A DNA stretch of 64,000 nt, from positions 480,001 through 544,000 of the forward strand of contig CAVOKF010000003.1 of the NCBI GenBank assembly GCA_963696385.1, read 5' to 3'. The DNA is from an uncultured delta proteobacterium. GTDB taxonomy: Bacteria; Myxococcota_A; Polyangia; Polyangiales; Polyangiaceae. Made by a program: the position numbers and the translations under genes. Shown here in pieces: positions 28,693-39,462 of the stretch (the first letter of the stretch is position 1; each line of letters starts with the position of its first letter). The notes under the pieces are model-generated. The model was not told where the DNA came from. It worked only from the letters and a program-made list of their open reading frames with translations, and searched no databases.

Positions 28693-29551
28693 GTTGCAGC
28701 CGCCCGGTAACACAGCCAACGTTGACGGTTAGTTCGAAGCTCCCGTCGCTCCAGTATTTGTCGATGGCCTCGTGCACATACGACAGCGGCACGTCGGCGT
28801 GCTCGATTCCAAGTTCGGACCGAACTTCCGGCAAAATGAGCAATCTCGCGATCGGATCCTCGAAAAAGTCGCGGCCGTTACGGAACGTCAGCACGGTCGG
28901 TCGCAGCGAGACGTCGACGAAGTCGAACCCGGCATTTTCAAGCTCTGCCGCCAAGACCTCGACCGTTGGCCGTTCCGTCGCCGCACGTTCGATCGCGCGA
29001 CCCACCGCTGCGTCGTCGTATTTGAGAGAATACTCACGCAGCAGGTCCGCGAGTTCTTGGAAGCTCCCGCGCATCGGCATGGCGAGAACCGCCTGCCCGT
29101 GCACCGCCAGCAGACGAGTGCATTCCCCAATCACGCACGCGCGTTCGGCCGCGTCGCCCAAGCCGTGCAGTTCGAGAGCGTGAGAGAAGGCGGACTCGGG
29201 CAGTGGCGTAGGAAAACCATCCGCCAAGTGGTACTCGAGGACTGCGTCTGGCATCGTTGCTGCTTTCGCGCGGGCCAGCGCCAGTGCAGCGTCCGAATCG
29301 TCGACTCCGACGACATAGGCACCACGCAACCGCGCGGCGACTTCGTGATCGGGGTATCCCGTTCGACAATTCAGGTGAACGACCTGAGCATCCTCGCAGT
29401 CGGCGATCATCTCGAGGGCGAGTTCGGCAAACAGCGATAAATAGCGGGGGACGACGAACGTCTCGAAGATGGCGGCTTCGGTAGACGCCAAGCGCAGCCG
29501 AGCAAGCGGTCCCGACGGGCGCTCCCGCTCCGCGTCGGATGCGCCGCTCAT
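28688..29551 (-). CDS. Class I SAM-dependent methyltransferase-like protein
   Basis: Degenerate motif I HLNCRTG, VVGVD.S..AL..AR; TAATG coupling to the upstream gene. Confidence 0.75.
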   Translation of the reverse strand: MSGASDAERERPSGPLARLRLASTEAAIFETFVVPRYLSLFAELALEMIADCEDAQVVHLNCRTGYPDHEVAARLRGAYVVGVDDSDAALALARAKAATMPDAVLEYHLADGFPTPLPESAFSHALELHGLGDAAERACVIGECTRLLAVHGQAVLAMPMRGSFQELADLLREYSLKYDDAAVGRAIERAATERPTVEVLAAELENAGFDFVDVSLRPTVLTFRNGRDFFEDPIARLLILPEVRSELGIEHADVPLSYVHEAIDKYWSDGSFELTVNVGCVTGRLQP

Positions 29552-30210
29552 TACGCGGGCGCCCTCTTCGAGATCAATGTGCGCGCCTCAGCCACCAGCT
29601 CGCCGAGAGTCGCCTCGGCTTCGGTTCCGCCCTCATCCTCAAGCTGCACCCGCCGCATGTCGCCCTCGAGTGGATCGAGCAAGGCGAGCGCACCGAGATC
29701 GCCTCGCTCGACGACCGCCTCGATCGCGGACGCGACGGCATCGACGTCCGATGATGCCAGGAACCGGGCGAGCAGCCGGGCCACGCCGGGCTCGGGCACT
29801 TCGGCGAGAAGATACGGCAGTTCCGCGAGCGCCGGGCTGCCTTCCGGAAGGCGATCGAGCGCGCGCTCCACACCGACCGCGACCTCCTTGAATCGGTCGA
29901 ACGCGAGTTCCGACAAGGCTTCGCCCGCGGCACGGCGAACCTCCGCGTCCTCCGAACCGAGTATGTCGATGAGCAGGTCGACGACCCGCGACCCGTGCAG
30001 CTCCCCTAAGACCCCGGCAATTCGCACCAATCGCAACGATGCTTCGTCGTCGTCGGACGGCTCCAGTTCGCGAGCCTTGCTGGCGGCTCGCTCAAGCGCA
30101 GAAACGATCTGTGCCAAATCGGCATCGACGAGTTCGTCGTGAGCGATCCTCGCCGCACGCTCCGCGTCGAACAGCGCACTCAGCGTGGCGTCGAGATCGG
30201 CACGGGGCAT
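29551..30210 (-). CDS. HEAT-repeat protein
   Basis: LIDILGSEDAEVRRAAGEAL and similar helical repeats. Confidence 0.8.
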   Translation of the reverse strand: MPRADLDATLSALFDAERAARIAHDELVDADLAQIVSALERAASKARELEPSDDDEASLRLVRIAGVLGELHGSRVVDLLIDILGSEDAEVRRAAGEALSELAFDRFKEVAVGVERALDRLPEGSPALAELPYLLAEVPEPGVARLLARFLASSDVDAVASAIEAVVERGDLGALALLDPLEGDMRRVQLEDEGGTEAEATLGELVAEARTLISKRAPA

Positions 30211-30421
30211 GTCGGGACCGATACCCGGCGGCGAGAAAGCTTGCAACCGAGACCGCGATCGGACGCGCATCCAGATCCACGGCGACGCGATCCGACCCCC
30301 GGATTTTCCAGGTTCCGCGCCGCAGTCCTTCGGTGGATCCAAGCCGTGGGGCCGGACGCGGTGGCCGCGGTCTATTTTCGTTCGGGAACAAACGCGCTGA
30401 TCACGGCATCATCACCGGAAC

Positions 30422-31243
30422 GTGCCGACTTCGATCCGCGTTTCTGCCGCTATGAGCATCGGCTTGCTGTGGGTCCTGTCGACCGGCGCAGGCTCCCCCC
30501 GGAGGTTTCCCACGGCGCGGGGACCGCATCCGCCGTTGGGCATGGCCCCTCTCGCAAGCTTGCCTTGCCCGCCTGGCAGCCTTCCGGACGGAAGCATTTG
30601 CGTGCGCGTGTCGACCGACGAGAGCGCACCCGTTGCCGAGAGCGTCGCCCTTGCCCATCACGATCCCGCCGACAATTGGGTCCTTTATGATCCAATTCCT
30701 CGACGTCCGGATCGGCCGGCCGATTACGCCGCCTACCGGTATCCCATCGCGTGCGACGCCTGCGTCGTGAGCGGCTACGATCTGGATCGTCCTGACGAGC
30801 AGCAACGCCGCGTGCGGCATCTGACGCAAGTCGGTCCGGGAGCGATTGATCTGTCTGCGCACAGAGGTGCCGCAGTCTCGCTCGTGGCTCTGGAACACCA
30901 GCAGGGACCTGCCGTCCTCATCCTCGTGGGGCCGCTTTTCGGTACGACCGTCGTGACCCTTCACCACGTCCGCGAGGGGGGCGAGCTGCGCGAATACCTC
31001 GTATTCTTCGGGCACCTCGATGCTGCGGCGCCGGCCTTGCCGGAGCACTCCGGCGCTCCGCTGGGCGATGGGCAGCTGCTGGGCTTCGTGGGCGACAGCG
31101 GTTCGCCCGGATTCGTTCACCTGCACCTCGAGGTGCGACGCGTCCGCGGCGGCGTCGATGCGAACAAGCTCACCCCAGCCGCGCTGGTCGACAATGCAAA
31201 CACGATCGTCTGCGATCCCCGCAACGTGCTACCGCTGAAATAA
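30422..31243 (+). CDS. M23 peptidase-like protein
   Basis: AIDL, FGHL, LGFVGDSG..HLHLEVR. Confidence 0.75.
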   Translation: MPTSIRVSAAMSIGLLWVLSTGAGSPRRFPTARGPHPPLGMAPLASLPCPPGSLPDGSICVRVSTDESAPVAESVALAHHDPADNWVLYDPIPRRPDRPADYAAYRYPIACDACVVSGYDLDRPDEQQRRVRHLTQVGPGAIDLSAHRGAAVSLVALEHQQGPAVLILVGPLFGTTVVTLHHVREGGELREYLVFFGHLDAAAPALPEHSGAPLGDGQLLGFVGDSGSPGFVHLHLEVRRVRGGVDANKLTPAALVDNANTIVCDPRNVLPLK

Positions 31244-31355
31244 TCCAGGTCAACAATACAATCGCTTGGCTTTTTCCGTTGCCGGCGATGCGCACCTTCG
31301 AGGTGCACCGTGCAATTGCTGACAAAATCAGGAAGGTGGTAGCCTCCGCGGCGCG

Positions 31356-34300
31356 ATGGATGGGAGTCAGATCGACGCGCTCGTGCACCGGCTCGTTGCC
31401 AACCCGCACGACGAGCAAGCGCTCGCGGCAGCACATCAGGCCGGGACGGCGGATCCAAAATCGTACGCCATGTTCCTGGAGCGCGTGGGAACGCAATCCC
31501 AGGATCCGGCTTACGCTTCCCACTGGCTGAGTGAGGCCGCAAACGTCTGGTCGACGACCCTCGGCGATGCGCACCGCGCGGCGCGTGCGCTGATGCAAGC
31601 GATCGATCGCGATCCGACCCAACGGACGGCCGCAGAGCGACTTGCCGAACTCTACCGTCAAAAGGGAGACATCAAAGCGCTCGTTGCCTTGCTCGAGGTG
31701 CGTGCCAAGGCCTTGACGCCGCTCGCCGGACAGAGCGACGAAGTTCGCGGAGAGCTCGGAGCCATTCACGAAGAGCTCGGTCGGCTGTGGGGCGAGAGTC
31801 TGCAGCAGCCGAAGAAGGCGCTCGACCACTTCCGTCGCGCGGTCGAGTGCGATTCGAGAAACGCTTACGCCGTTTACGGCGCGAGAGAGATCCACAAGTC
31901 GCTCGGGCAATGGCGCGAGGCTTTCGACTTGTACGAGGCCGAGCTTGCATTCGAGCGGGATCCAGCCCGGAGAGTGGCGTTGTTGCGCGACGAAGCGGCC
32001 GCGCGACGCGCTGCGGGCGATCTGAGGGGCGCGTCCCTGGCCATCGCAAACGCGCGTGAAAGCGACTCCCTGGATGCTGCGCTTCAGCAAGAATACGCTT
32101 CGACGATCATCGAGCGCATCGCGGGAGGCGAGGCCGTATCTGCTCCGGAGCGGACCGTTGGCGCCGAGCTCCTCGTCGGCCTGGCGGAGGCCTACGACGG
32201 CGAGCACGGGCTCGCGTATTCGAGCGGCGCTCTCGACATCGACCCCGGCCACGATCGGGCGATGCAGCTTTACGCGTACTACGCGCGTGCCCTGCAGCGC
32301 GAGGGCGACGTTTCATCGCGCTATCTCGCCTACATTCAAACGAATCCGGACGGCGCTCTTGCCCCCGACGCGCGATGGTCGCTCGCCGCCAGCTACGAGG
32401 CGGCCGGGCAACCGAACGAAGCCATCCGCGTTCTCGAGCCGCTGGGCGTTGCAGGCGACCCGCAAGCGACTGCGCACCTGCGGGAGCTCTACGCGCTCCT
32501 GGGGGAGAGCGCTTCGCCGATGGTCACCCCGCCTGCGCCGGCGTCTCCCGCGCCGAGCGAAACGGCCGCGACGCACCCACCGCCCCCCCCGCGACCGTTG
32601 AGCGCCATCGAGAAGGCGCAATCGCTGGCTACGGCGGGGAAGCGCGACGAGGCGTACGCGGCGTACCTTGGCGTCCTCGACCGCGATCCGGCTCAGGCCG
32701 AAGCCCTGTCCTGGGTCGAGGATTACCTGCGGACGACTCGGGAGTACCGCGCACTGCGCGATGTTCTGGTGGCCGCGGCGGGCGCGCCGGGCAGCCCCGT
32801 CGACTGGCGGCAACAGAAACTGCGCGAAGTGGCTGCGCTGAGCGAAGGCAACCTGCGCGACCCGGGGGGCGCGATAGAAGCTTGGAAGCAGCTTCTTCTC
32901 TTGGATCGCGGCGACGAGGTGGCCCGCCAGTCACTGACGCGCGCGCTCGAGAAGTCTCAACGCTGGGACGACCTCGCCGCTCTTCTCGAGCGCGAGGCGA
33001 CTCAGGAAAGCGATCTCGAGAAAAAAATTGCGCTCGAAAAGCGGCTCGCCGCACTGCACGAGCACAAGACGCTCGATTTCGGCAAAGCGGGAGAGGCGTG
33101 GGAGCACATCGCCCATCTCACGCCCGAAGACGACGATGCCATCCTGACGGCGTCTCTGCTCTACGAGAGAGCGGGCACGTTCGAACGTGCCGCACAAATC
33201 ATTGCGGCCGGCGCCTCTGGGGTCGACGACGTCGCAGCCCGCGCCACACTGCTCGAGCGTTTGGGCCTGCTCCGCGAGCGACTCCAGGACGCCGCCGGCG
33301 CCGGCGAAGCTTACTCGGAGGCCGCGACCGCTCAGCCGAGCGCAAGGCTCTGGGACGCAGCCGAGCGCTGCTTGGTCACTGCGGGCCAATGGGAGCGCGC
33401 GGGCCTGGCAACGAATCACCGCTCGGAGCTCGAGCCGACACCGAATGCCAAGGGACGCCATCTCGCGCGCGCGGCCAATCACTTTGCCCGTGCCGGGGAC
33501 GAGAACGCGGTCATCGAAAACCTCGAGAAGGCCACCGACCTCGACCCTTCGAGCGACGAGTTCGCGACGCGTCTTGCAGAGCGCTACACGGTCGCCGCCC
33601 GTTGGCCCGAACTGGTCGCCCTTTTCTCGAAGCGCGGGGATCGGATCGCGGACCGTGAAAAGCGCGTGGCCGCGCGACGCGAAGCCGCGCGTCTTCTCAC
33701 GAGCCGACTCGCTGACCCGCGAGCCGCCAGCGAGACCTGGCGCAAAGTGCTCGAAGACGGCGACGACAAGGAGGCCCTTGAGCGGCTCGTCGACGACGCG
33801 GTCGAGCGCGAAGACTACGAAGAAGCGACACAGCTGCTGCGTCGGTTGGAAAAAGTCGCTGCCGACGGGCCCGAGCGCGCTCGCATCGCGTTGCGTGAAG
33901 CCGAGCTCGTTGCCGACGGTCTGGGCGACGTCGACACGGCGGTCGCACGCTACGAGCGAATCCTCGCCGAGTTGGACTCGCGCTGTCGGCCCGCGCTCCA
34001 GGCCATCGCCGACCTCCAGGAGGCGCGCGACAGGCCGGCGGCGGCCGCCGATGCACTCGAGCGCGAAATCACGCTCGTCGAGGGTGGGGCCGAGCGTGGA
34101 CCGATCGCAAGCCGACTCGCACGCCTGTACGAGCAACTCGATGACTTGCCCAATGCCATTCGCGCGCTCGAGATCGTTCGCATTTCTGATCCGGACGACT
34201 TCGACGCATTGGGCCGCTTGTGCGAACTGTGCGAGAAAACGAAGGAGTGGGCCAAGCTCGCAGAGCTTTTGGCTCAGCGCATCGACGTCGAAGCCGATGA

Positions 34301-36482
34301 TGGCGAGATCAGCCAGTTGACCAACAAGCTCGCTCGGATCCTCGCAGACGAACTCGATCGTGGGGACGAGGCGCTCGCCGTTTTGACCGAACTCGCCGAC
34401 GGCGGCGACGAGGGCATTCGCAAGACCTACGTCGAATTGGGCGATCGACTCGGATGGCGCGGGATCGTCGCGGGCAAACTGGTCGAATGGTGGTTCGGTG
34501 CCAAGCCGAGTGCCGAGCGCACGCCGTTCCTGCGTGGAGCGTTCGAGCGATTCGCAGAAGTCGGGCGCGACGAGGAAGCCGTGCGCGTCGGCTGCGAAAT
34601 CGTACGAAGCAGAGGCGGGGATCTCGACCTGGGCCGGCACCTCGAAGCGCTCGCCGTGAAGATGCGCGATCTGGACGCGATCTCGACCGCACACGATCTG
34701 CTGGAGCGCGACCTCAGCGGCGCCGCAAGGGCCGAGGAGCTCGTGCGGCAAGCGGAAGTGAGGCACAAGAACGGAGCGCCGCGGCTCGAGGCGTTGCACC
34801 ACGGGGAACTGGGTCTGACCAGCATCGCCCCGGCGAAGGCCGAAGAGCTGCTTCAACGTCTTGCCGCGATTGCCGAAGAGGCGACGGACGTGATCGACCT
34901 GTATGAGCGGCAGATCGGACGTTGCAAGACGCCGTCTGACCGCGTGGCGGCACTTGCGCGCGCCGCTCAGGTAGCCGGAGCGTTCGAACAGATGGATCGA
35001 GCGAGGGCGCTGTTCGATCTCGCGCTCAGCGGAACGCCGACGGATGACGCCGTGAAGACGCTCGAGGAGGCGGCGCGAGAGGCGGATGCACACATCGACG
35101 GCAACCGGATGCGCCATGCGCTGAGCATGTCGATGTCGAGCGGCGGCCAGGGAGCCCGCGACGGTGGACGAACGCGTGGCGCACTGCTGCGTCGAGCCGC
35201 TTCCATCGCGCACAGCGAGCTGGGCGACGACGAGCAGGCATTCGCATGGCTGGGAGACGCCCTGGTCGCCCATGTCGAAGCACCGACTCTCGACATGCTG
35301 GACGGGCTCGCCAAGGAGCTTCGGGATCCGCAGCGAGCGGAGGCCACGTTGTCGCGGGCGCTCCTGGACGTCTTTGACGGACCGCTCGTCCGCCAACTTC
35401 TTGCACGGCGGGCCAGACTTCGGCGAGACGATTTGAAAGACAAAGCTGGCGCGGCCAGCGATCTCAAGAAGTTGTACGAACTCGGTCCGGGCGAGCCGTC
35501 GGTCGTCGACGAACTCTCAGCGCTGCTCACGGAAATCGGAGACCACCGATCCAGGGTGCAGCTTTACGAAGATCAGATTCTGCGCGGAAAAGAAGTGCAC
35601 GATCGCGCCGATCTGGCCCGCCGCGTGGCCGGCATGTGGGAAAACGAGCTAGCCGATCCTCGCGAGGCCGCGGACGCGTGGCGACGGGTCCTGCGGATGA
35701 AGCCCGGAGACGCCGAGGCCGTTGCTGGGCTCGAGCGCGCCAAGGCGAACATGCTCCGCCGACCTGCACCAGCGGTTTCCGGCGACGACGTCGATACGAC
35801 CGCGCCGGCGGAGGCTTCTCGGGACGTATCGTCCATGACACCGGAAGCCACTGCTGGCGGATCCGAACTCGCGGGGTCCGAGGAGAGCCCGGGCCGATCT
35901 GGCGTGACGCGAGACGCAAACATGAGCGGGTCCGAAACCGCGCAGACTCGAGATGAGCCCGCGGATTCTGCTGGCGTTCTGCACCAGGGGCAGGACGCCG
36001 AGGGCGCACGATCCACGTACGACGACCGCGCTCGGACGATGGGCATCACCGCCTGCGCGGACGAAACCGGCGACCGCGGCATCGAGGGCGAACCGATCGG
36101 TGCGTCACCCGCCATCACCCCTTCCTTGGTCGACGACCGTCACGACCCGGCCAAGGCCATCCCGATCGCGGTGGAGGAAGCTCTGGCCCCGGACGTGTTG
36201 CCTGTTGTAGACGCCCAGGCATTGCCCGATTCATCGAACTCTGCGCACGACGCGTCCGCGGCGCTCACCCACCCGATCGAAGCCGCGAATGAAGGTGCGC
36301 AAGCCATCGACGGCGAAGAGCTGGCAGCCGACGCCGAAGAAGACGTGGTCATCGCCGACGACTTTGCCGAGATCATCGACGATGAAGACGAAGTCGTCCC
36401 AGTAGAAGCCGAGGCGGCCGCGAACAAGGAGCCATCCGGACCCACCAAGCGAAGCGTTCCGCCCCCGCTGCCGCGTACATAG
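31356..36482 (+). CDS. Large TPR-repeat protein (myxobacterial AgmK-like)
   Basis: 1708 aa of TPR-like helices; acidic tail ending SVPPPLP. Confidence 0.85.
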   Translation: MDGSQIDALVHRLVANPHDEQALAAAHQAGTADPKSYAMFLERVGTQSQDPAYASHWLSEAANVWSTTLGDAHRAARALMQAIDRDPTQRTAAERLAELYRQKGDIKALVALLEVRAKALTPLAGQSDEVRGELGAIHEELGRLWGESLQQPKKALDHFRRAVECDSRNAYAVYGAREIHKSLGQWREAFDLYEAELAFERDPARRVALLRDEAAARRAAGDLRGASLAIANARESDSLDAALQQEYASTIIERIAGGEAVSAPERTVGAELLVGLAEAYDGEHGLAYSSGALDIDPGHDRAMQLYAYYARALQREGDVSSRYLAYIQTNPDGALAPDARWSLAASYEAAGQPNEAIRVLEPLGVAGDPQATAHLRELYALLGESASPMVTPPAPASPAPSETAATHPPPPPRPLSAIEKAQSLATAGKRDEAYAAYLGVLDRDPAQAEALSWVEDYLRTTREYRALRDVLVAAAGAPGSPVDWRQQKLREVAALSEGNLRDPGGAIEAWKQLLLLDRGDEVARQSLTRALEKSQRWDDLAALLEREATQESDLEKKIALEKRLAALHEHKTLDFGKAGEAWEHIAHLTPEDDDAILTASLLYERAGTFERAAQIIAAGASGVDDVAARATLLERLGLLRERLQDAAGAGEAYSEAATAQPSARLWDAAERCLVTAGQWERAGLATNHRSELEPTPNAKGRHLARAANHFARAGDENAVIENLEKATDLDPSSDEFATRLAERYTVAARWPELVALFSKRGDRIADREKRVAARREAARLLTSRLADPRAASETWRKVLEDGDDKEALERLVDDAVEREDYEEATQLLRRLEKVAADGPERARIALREAELVADGLGDVDTAVARYERILAELDSRCRPALQAIADLQEARDRPAAAADALEREITLVEGGAERGPIASRLARLYEQLDDLPNAIRALEIVRISDPDDFDALGRLCELCEKTKEWAKLAELLAQRIDVEADDGEISQLTNKLARILADELDRGDEALAVLTELADGGDEGIRKTYVELGDRLGWRGIVAGKLVEWWFGAKPSAERTPFLRGAFERFAEVGRDEEAVRVGCEIVRSRGGDLDLGRHLEALAVKMRDLDAISTAHDLLERDLSGAARAEELVRQAEVRHKNGAPRLEALHHGELGLTSIAPAKAEELLQRLAAIAEEATDVIDLYERQIGRCKTPSDRVAALARAAQVAGAFEQMDRARALFDLALSGTPTDDAVKTLEEAAREADAHIDGNRMRHALSMSMSSGGQGARDGGRTRGALLRRAASIAHSELGDDEQAFAWLGDALVAHVEAPTLDMLDGLAKELRDPQRAEATLSRALLDVFDGPLVRQLLARRARLRRDDLKDKAGAASDLKKLYELGPGEPSVVDELSALLTEIGDHRSRVQLYEDQILRGKEVHDRADLARRVAGMWENELADPREAADAWRRVLRMKPGDAEAVAGLERAKANMLRRPAPAVSGDDVDTTAPAEASRDVSSMTPEATAGGSELAGSEESPGRSGVTRDANMSGSETAQTRDEPADSAGVLHQGQDAEGARSTYDDRARTMGITACADETGDRGIEGEPIGASPAITPSLVDDRHDPAKAIPIAVEEALAPDVLPVVDAQALPDSSNSAHDASAALTHPIEAANEGAQAIDGEELAADAEEDVVIADDFAEIIDDEDEVVPVEAEAAANKEPSGPTKRSVPPPLPRT

Positions 36483-36487
36483 CGCGT

Positions 36488-37405
36488 TCAATTCACTGGG
36501 GGTGCGCTTTCGGCAGGTACCCCCAACCGAATGTCGCCATCCCCCACTGCGGCTGGCTGGCCCAAGACGAAGGCGTCGTTAACGTCGCCGTGCCCAAAGG
36601 GCGCGCCGAACAGCACGGGGATACCGAGCGATCGCGTCCGCTCTTCGAGAACCTCCCCGATGGTGGGCCCATCTGCACCCTCGACGCGGCAGCGGTCGAA
36701 CGCTCCGAAGACGAGCGCGGACACATTCGCGAGATGGCCGCCCAGTACGAGAGAGGTCAGCATGCGATCGATTCTGTATGGCAGCTCGGCAACATCCTCG
36801 AGCGCGAGAACGCTTCCGCGGGGCACCGAGAGGCGACCGCCGGCGGCCAGGGCATGAAGGACTGCGAGGTTGCCACCGATCAGGGGACCTTGCGCGAACC
36901 CTCCGTGCAACACCCGTAGCCCCCGCCACTGCCGTCGAGCGGTCGGCCTCTCGAGGGCCCCAATCCAAGCCGCTCGCAGACGTGGCGTCGCCCGACTTCC
37001 CAGGCCAACCACGTTCGGACCGTGAATGGATGCCACCCCCGCTCGCCACGCCGCGGCATGGAGTACCGTGATATCGCTGAAGCCCACGAGCCACTTCGGC
37101 CGCAGGGCGAACTTGCCCCAAGGCAGATCGTCGATCATGCGTATTGCACCGTAGCCTCCACGAGTCGCGACAATCGCGCCGACCTCCGGGTCGAGCATCG
37201 CGCGCGAAAGCTCACTTCTCCGCCTGGCGTCGTCGCCCGCCAGATACCCGTCGCGGGAGAGTGCCCCTACGGACATCCGAAGTCGATAGCGGGCCCGAAG
37301 CCACCCCAGACCTCGCCAGAGCTCCTCTCGAGAACACGGACCCGACGGAGCGACCACGGCAGCCATGTCGCCCGGCGCGAGCGGTGCCGGAAATGCCAGC
37401 TGCAC
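36488..37405 (-). CDS. ldcA: LD-carboxypeptidase (S66)
   Basis: TRGGYG, GFSDIT, GGNL, LEDV, FGH triad motifs. Confidence 0.92.
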   Translation of the reverse strand: MQLAFPAPLAPGDMAAVVAPSGPCSREELWRGLGWLRARYRLRMSVGALSRDGYLAGDDARRRSELSRAMLDPEVGAIVATRGGYGAIRMIDDLPWGKFALRPKWLVGFSDITVLHAAAWRAGVASIHGPNVVGLGSRATPRLRAAWIGALERPTARRQWRGLRVLHGGFAQGPLIGGNLAVLHALAAGGRLSVPRGSVLALEDVAELPYRIDRMLTSLVLGGHLANVSALVFGAFDRCRVEGADGPTIGEVLEERTRSLGIPVLFGAPFGHGDVNDAFVLGQPAAVGDGDIRLGVPAESAPPVN

Positions 37406-37745
37406 CTGCGAAGCATAACGCCGTTGAGCGCGGGCGGTTCGGCCTTTCCGGCCCTGCTCGTGGACCAGTTCGCGCGCTGTCGCGATACCGCGACGAACGT
37501 TCTACGCACTCCATCGAGACGTCGGTCGCGCCGCGCAAAGGACTCGCCAGATGGCACAATGTGACACACTGCCGCGGCGCGAGCGCTGCGGAAACTTCGC
37601 ACATGGGCAGGCACGAGCCGTGTTGCGGCAACGATCGATGAACCAGCCTCGAACCGACAAAAGCGCGAGCGACTCGGCACATCGCCCGGATCGGAGCGTG
37701 TTGGCGCCCGCTGGAGTTCGCGGGGCAGTAGACTGCGTGCCCATC

Positions 37746-39227
37746 ATGCGCCTTCGCGCCGTTCTAGGTTTCCGAACTTTGTTCACGCTGCGCCGCTCCT
37801 GGATATGGCTTCTCTTGGTCGTTGGCCTCATCTACGGGTGTCGGTTGAATCGACCCGAAACAGGCCGCCTGGAAGACGGCAAATGGCTCTATGCGTACGA
37901 CGAGAACTATACCGTTTTGACAGCGCGTCGCATCGCAGTCGGCGACAAGAACGTATGGGACGCGTGGCGGCATCCGGACGACGGGGCGGACCGGCGATTT
38001 ACGTCGATTTTCAGCACAGCCGATCTGGGTAACGACGACAGTCGCTATGAGTGGGTGCATCCGCCAACGCCCCGGGTCATCATGGCCGCGATCATTCGGA
38101 TCGCCGGGATGAATCCGGCCCTTTATCGCATTCCGAGCGTGCTGCTCGGGCTGCTCATCGTCGGGATGGTGTGGGTCGTCGGCAACCGGATGCGCGGGCC
38201 TGGTTTCGGCCTGTTCGCGGCGACACTCACTGCGGCCGATGGGTGGCTTTTCTGTCTGTCGCGCGTCGGAATGACCGACATCTATTACATCTCCATGACC
38301 GTCGCGGCGTACGCCGCTTTTTACATCTACTGGACAACCCCAACACGACGCATTCGCTGGATCGCCATCGTCGGCGCCGTGTGCGGCGCAGCACTCGCCA
38401 TGAAATGGAGTGCGCTCGCCCCCATCATGGGTCTGGTCGGGCTCACCGTCGCGCGCATCGCGCTGGATTGGCGAAACTCACCCGCGACTCGCGCCCAGAC
38501 GGTCCGAGAGGCGGGCGCCGCACTCGCGTCGTTCGCAGTCCTGCCCCCGCTCATTTACTTTGCGTCGTTCTGGCCATTCTTTGCGGCCGGCCATTCCCTC
38601 GACGAGTGGGTCAAGCTTCACAAAGCGATCGTCGACTACAATATGGGCGCGCCCGCGTCGTCGCCGGGATCTTCACGCTGGTATCAATGGCCGCTCGACC
38701 GCGGGTCTACCTGGTTTCTCACACGGGCCAAGAACGGATCCTGCCAGTACACGTACGCCTCGGGCAACTGGTTCGCGTGGTGGCCATTCGTCCCCGCAAT
38801 GTGTTACGCGGCCGAGCAGTTCACGAGCGAACCCAAGTTCGAGCGCGCGTTCGTCATCGTGGGTGGCTGCGCCACCTGGCTTCCCTACGCGATGGTGCAT
38901 CGGTTCGTCTACACTCGCTACTTCGCCGCCACCGTACCGTTCAGCGCTCTCGCCATTTCGATGGCCATCTTCGATCTCGACTCCTATTGTCGCGCGTGGA
39001 TCGAAGAGATGAGAGCTGCCCGGTCGGGCGAGGCCGCGGGGCACAACGACACGATGGCGCGGCTGAGGGCGCTCGCGTCCCGGATCGGGCAGGCTCTGCG
39101 TCCGATGTATATCGGCGCGGCCGTCGTGTTCTTCGCCCTTCGCTACCCGCTGTGGGCCGGAGTGCCGCTGCCATGCAATTCCGTCCAAGGAAGGTCGTTC
39201 ACCGAATGGGTTCATGCCTTCCGCTGA
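37746..39227 (+). CDS. PMT/GT39-like membrane glycosyltransferase (start uncertain, 37551-37746)
   Basis: YDE.Y, EWVHPP, SRVGMTD, KWS, SS.WYQWP motifs. Confidence 0.85.
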   Translation: MRLRAVLGFRTLFTLRRSWIWLLLVVGLIYGCRLNRPETGRLEDGKWLYAYDENYTVLTARRIAVGDKNVWDAWRHPDDGADRRFTSIFSTADLGNDDSRYEWVHPPTPRVIMAAIIRIAGMNPALYRIPSVLLGLLIVGMVWVVGNRMRGPGFGLFAATLTAADGWLFCLSRVGMTDIYYISMTVAAYAAFYIYWTTPTRRIRWIAIVGAVCGAALAMKWSALAPIMGLVGLTVARIALDWRNSPATRAQTVREAGAALASFAVLPPLIYFASFWPFFAAGHSLDEWVKLHKAIVDYNMGAPASSPGSSRWYQWPLDRGSTWFLTRAKNGSCQYTYASGNWFAWWPFVPAMCYAAEQFTSEPKFERAFVIVGGCATWLPYAMVHRFVYTRYFAATVPFSALAISMAIFDLDSYCRAWIEEMRAARSGEAAGHNDTMARLRALASRIGQALRPMYIGAAVVFFALRYPLWAGVPLPCNSVQGRSFTEWVHAFR

Positions 39228-39269
39228 AGGCGACCCGTCGGTAGCGTCTGCCAAAGCGCCCGATCGTTT

Positions 39270-39369
39270 GGGGCGAAGCCCCAAGAAGTCATTTTAGTAC
39301 AGCGCCAGCCTGCAACGCAGACGTACCCAGCGCAGCAGGGTACCGCTCCCACGGGGCGCAGTACCGAAG
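39270..39369 (-). repeat. Copy A of a ~100-nt structured dispersed repeat (copy B at 58795-58895)
   Basis: Shared core CTGCGTTGCAGGCTGGC(A/G)CTGTACTAA..TGA.TTC.TTGGGGCTTCG; includes the hairpin TTGGGGC-GAA-GCCCCAA at 39268-39284. Confidence 0.85.
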
Positions 39370-39462
39370 AGCGCCTTGACCCCCCGTTTCCCCCGAAACC
39401 TCACAGCATCGCGCTACCGACGGAGGCGAAACGATTTCGGCGCACGCGCTCGGACGGCCCTT

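Noticed and set aside
32931..35396. Long antisense ORFs (821 aa here; also 21067-22602, 45992-47611, 48366-50096, 56853-58424)
   Set aside because: They are shadows of real genes on the opposite strand, as expected in high-GC DNA, and carry no motifs.
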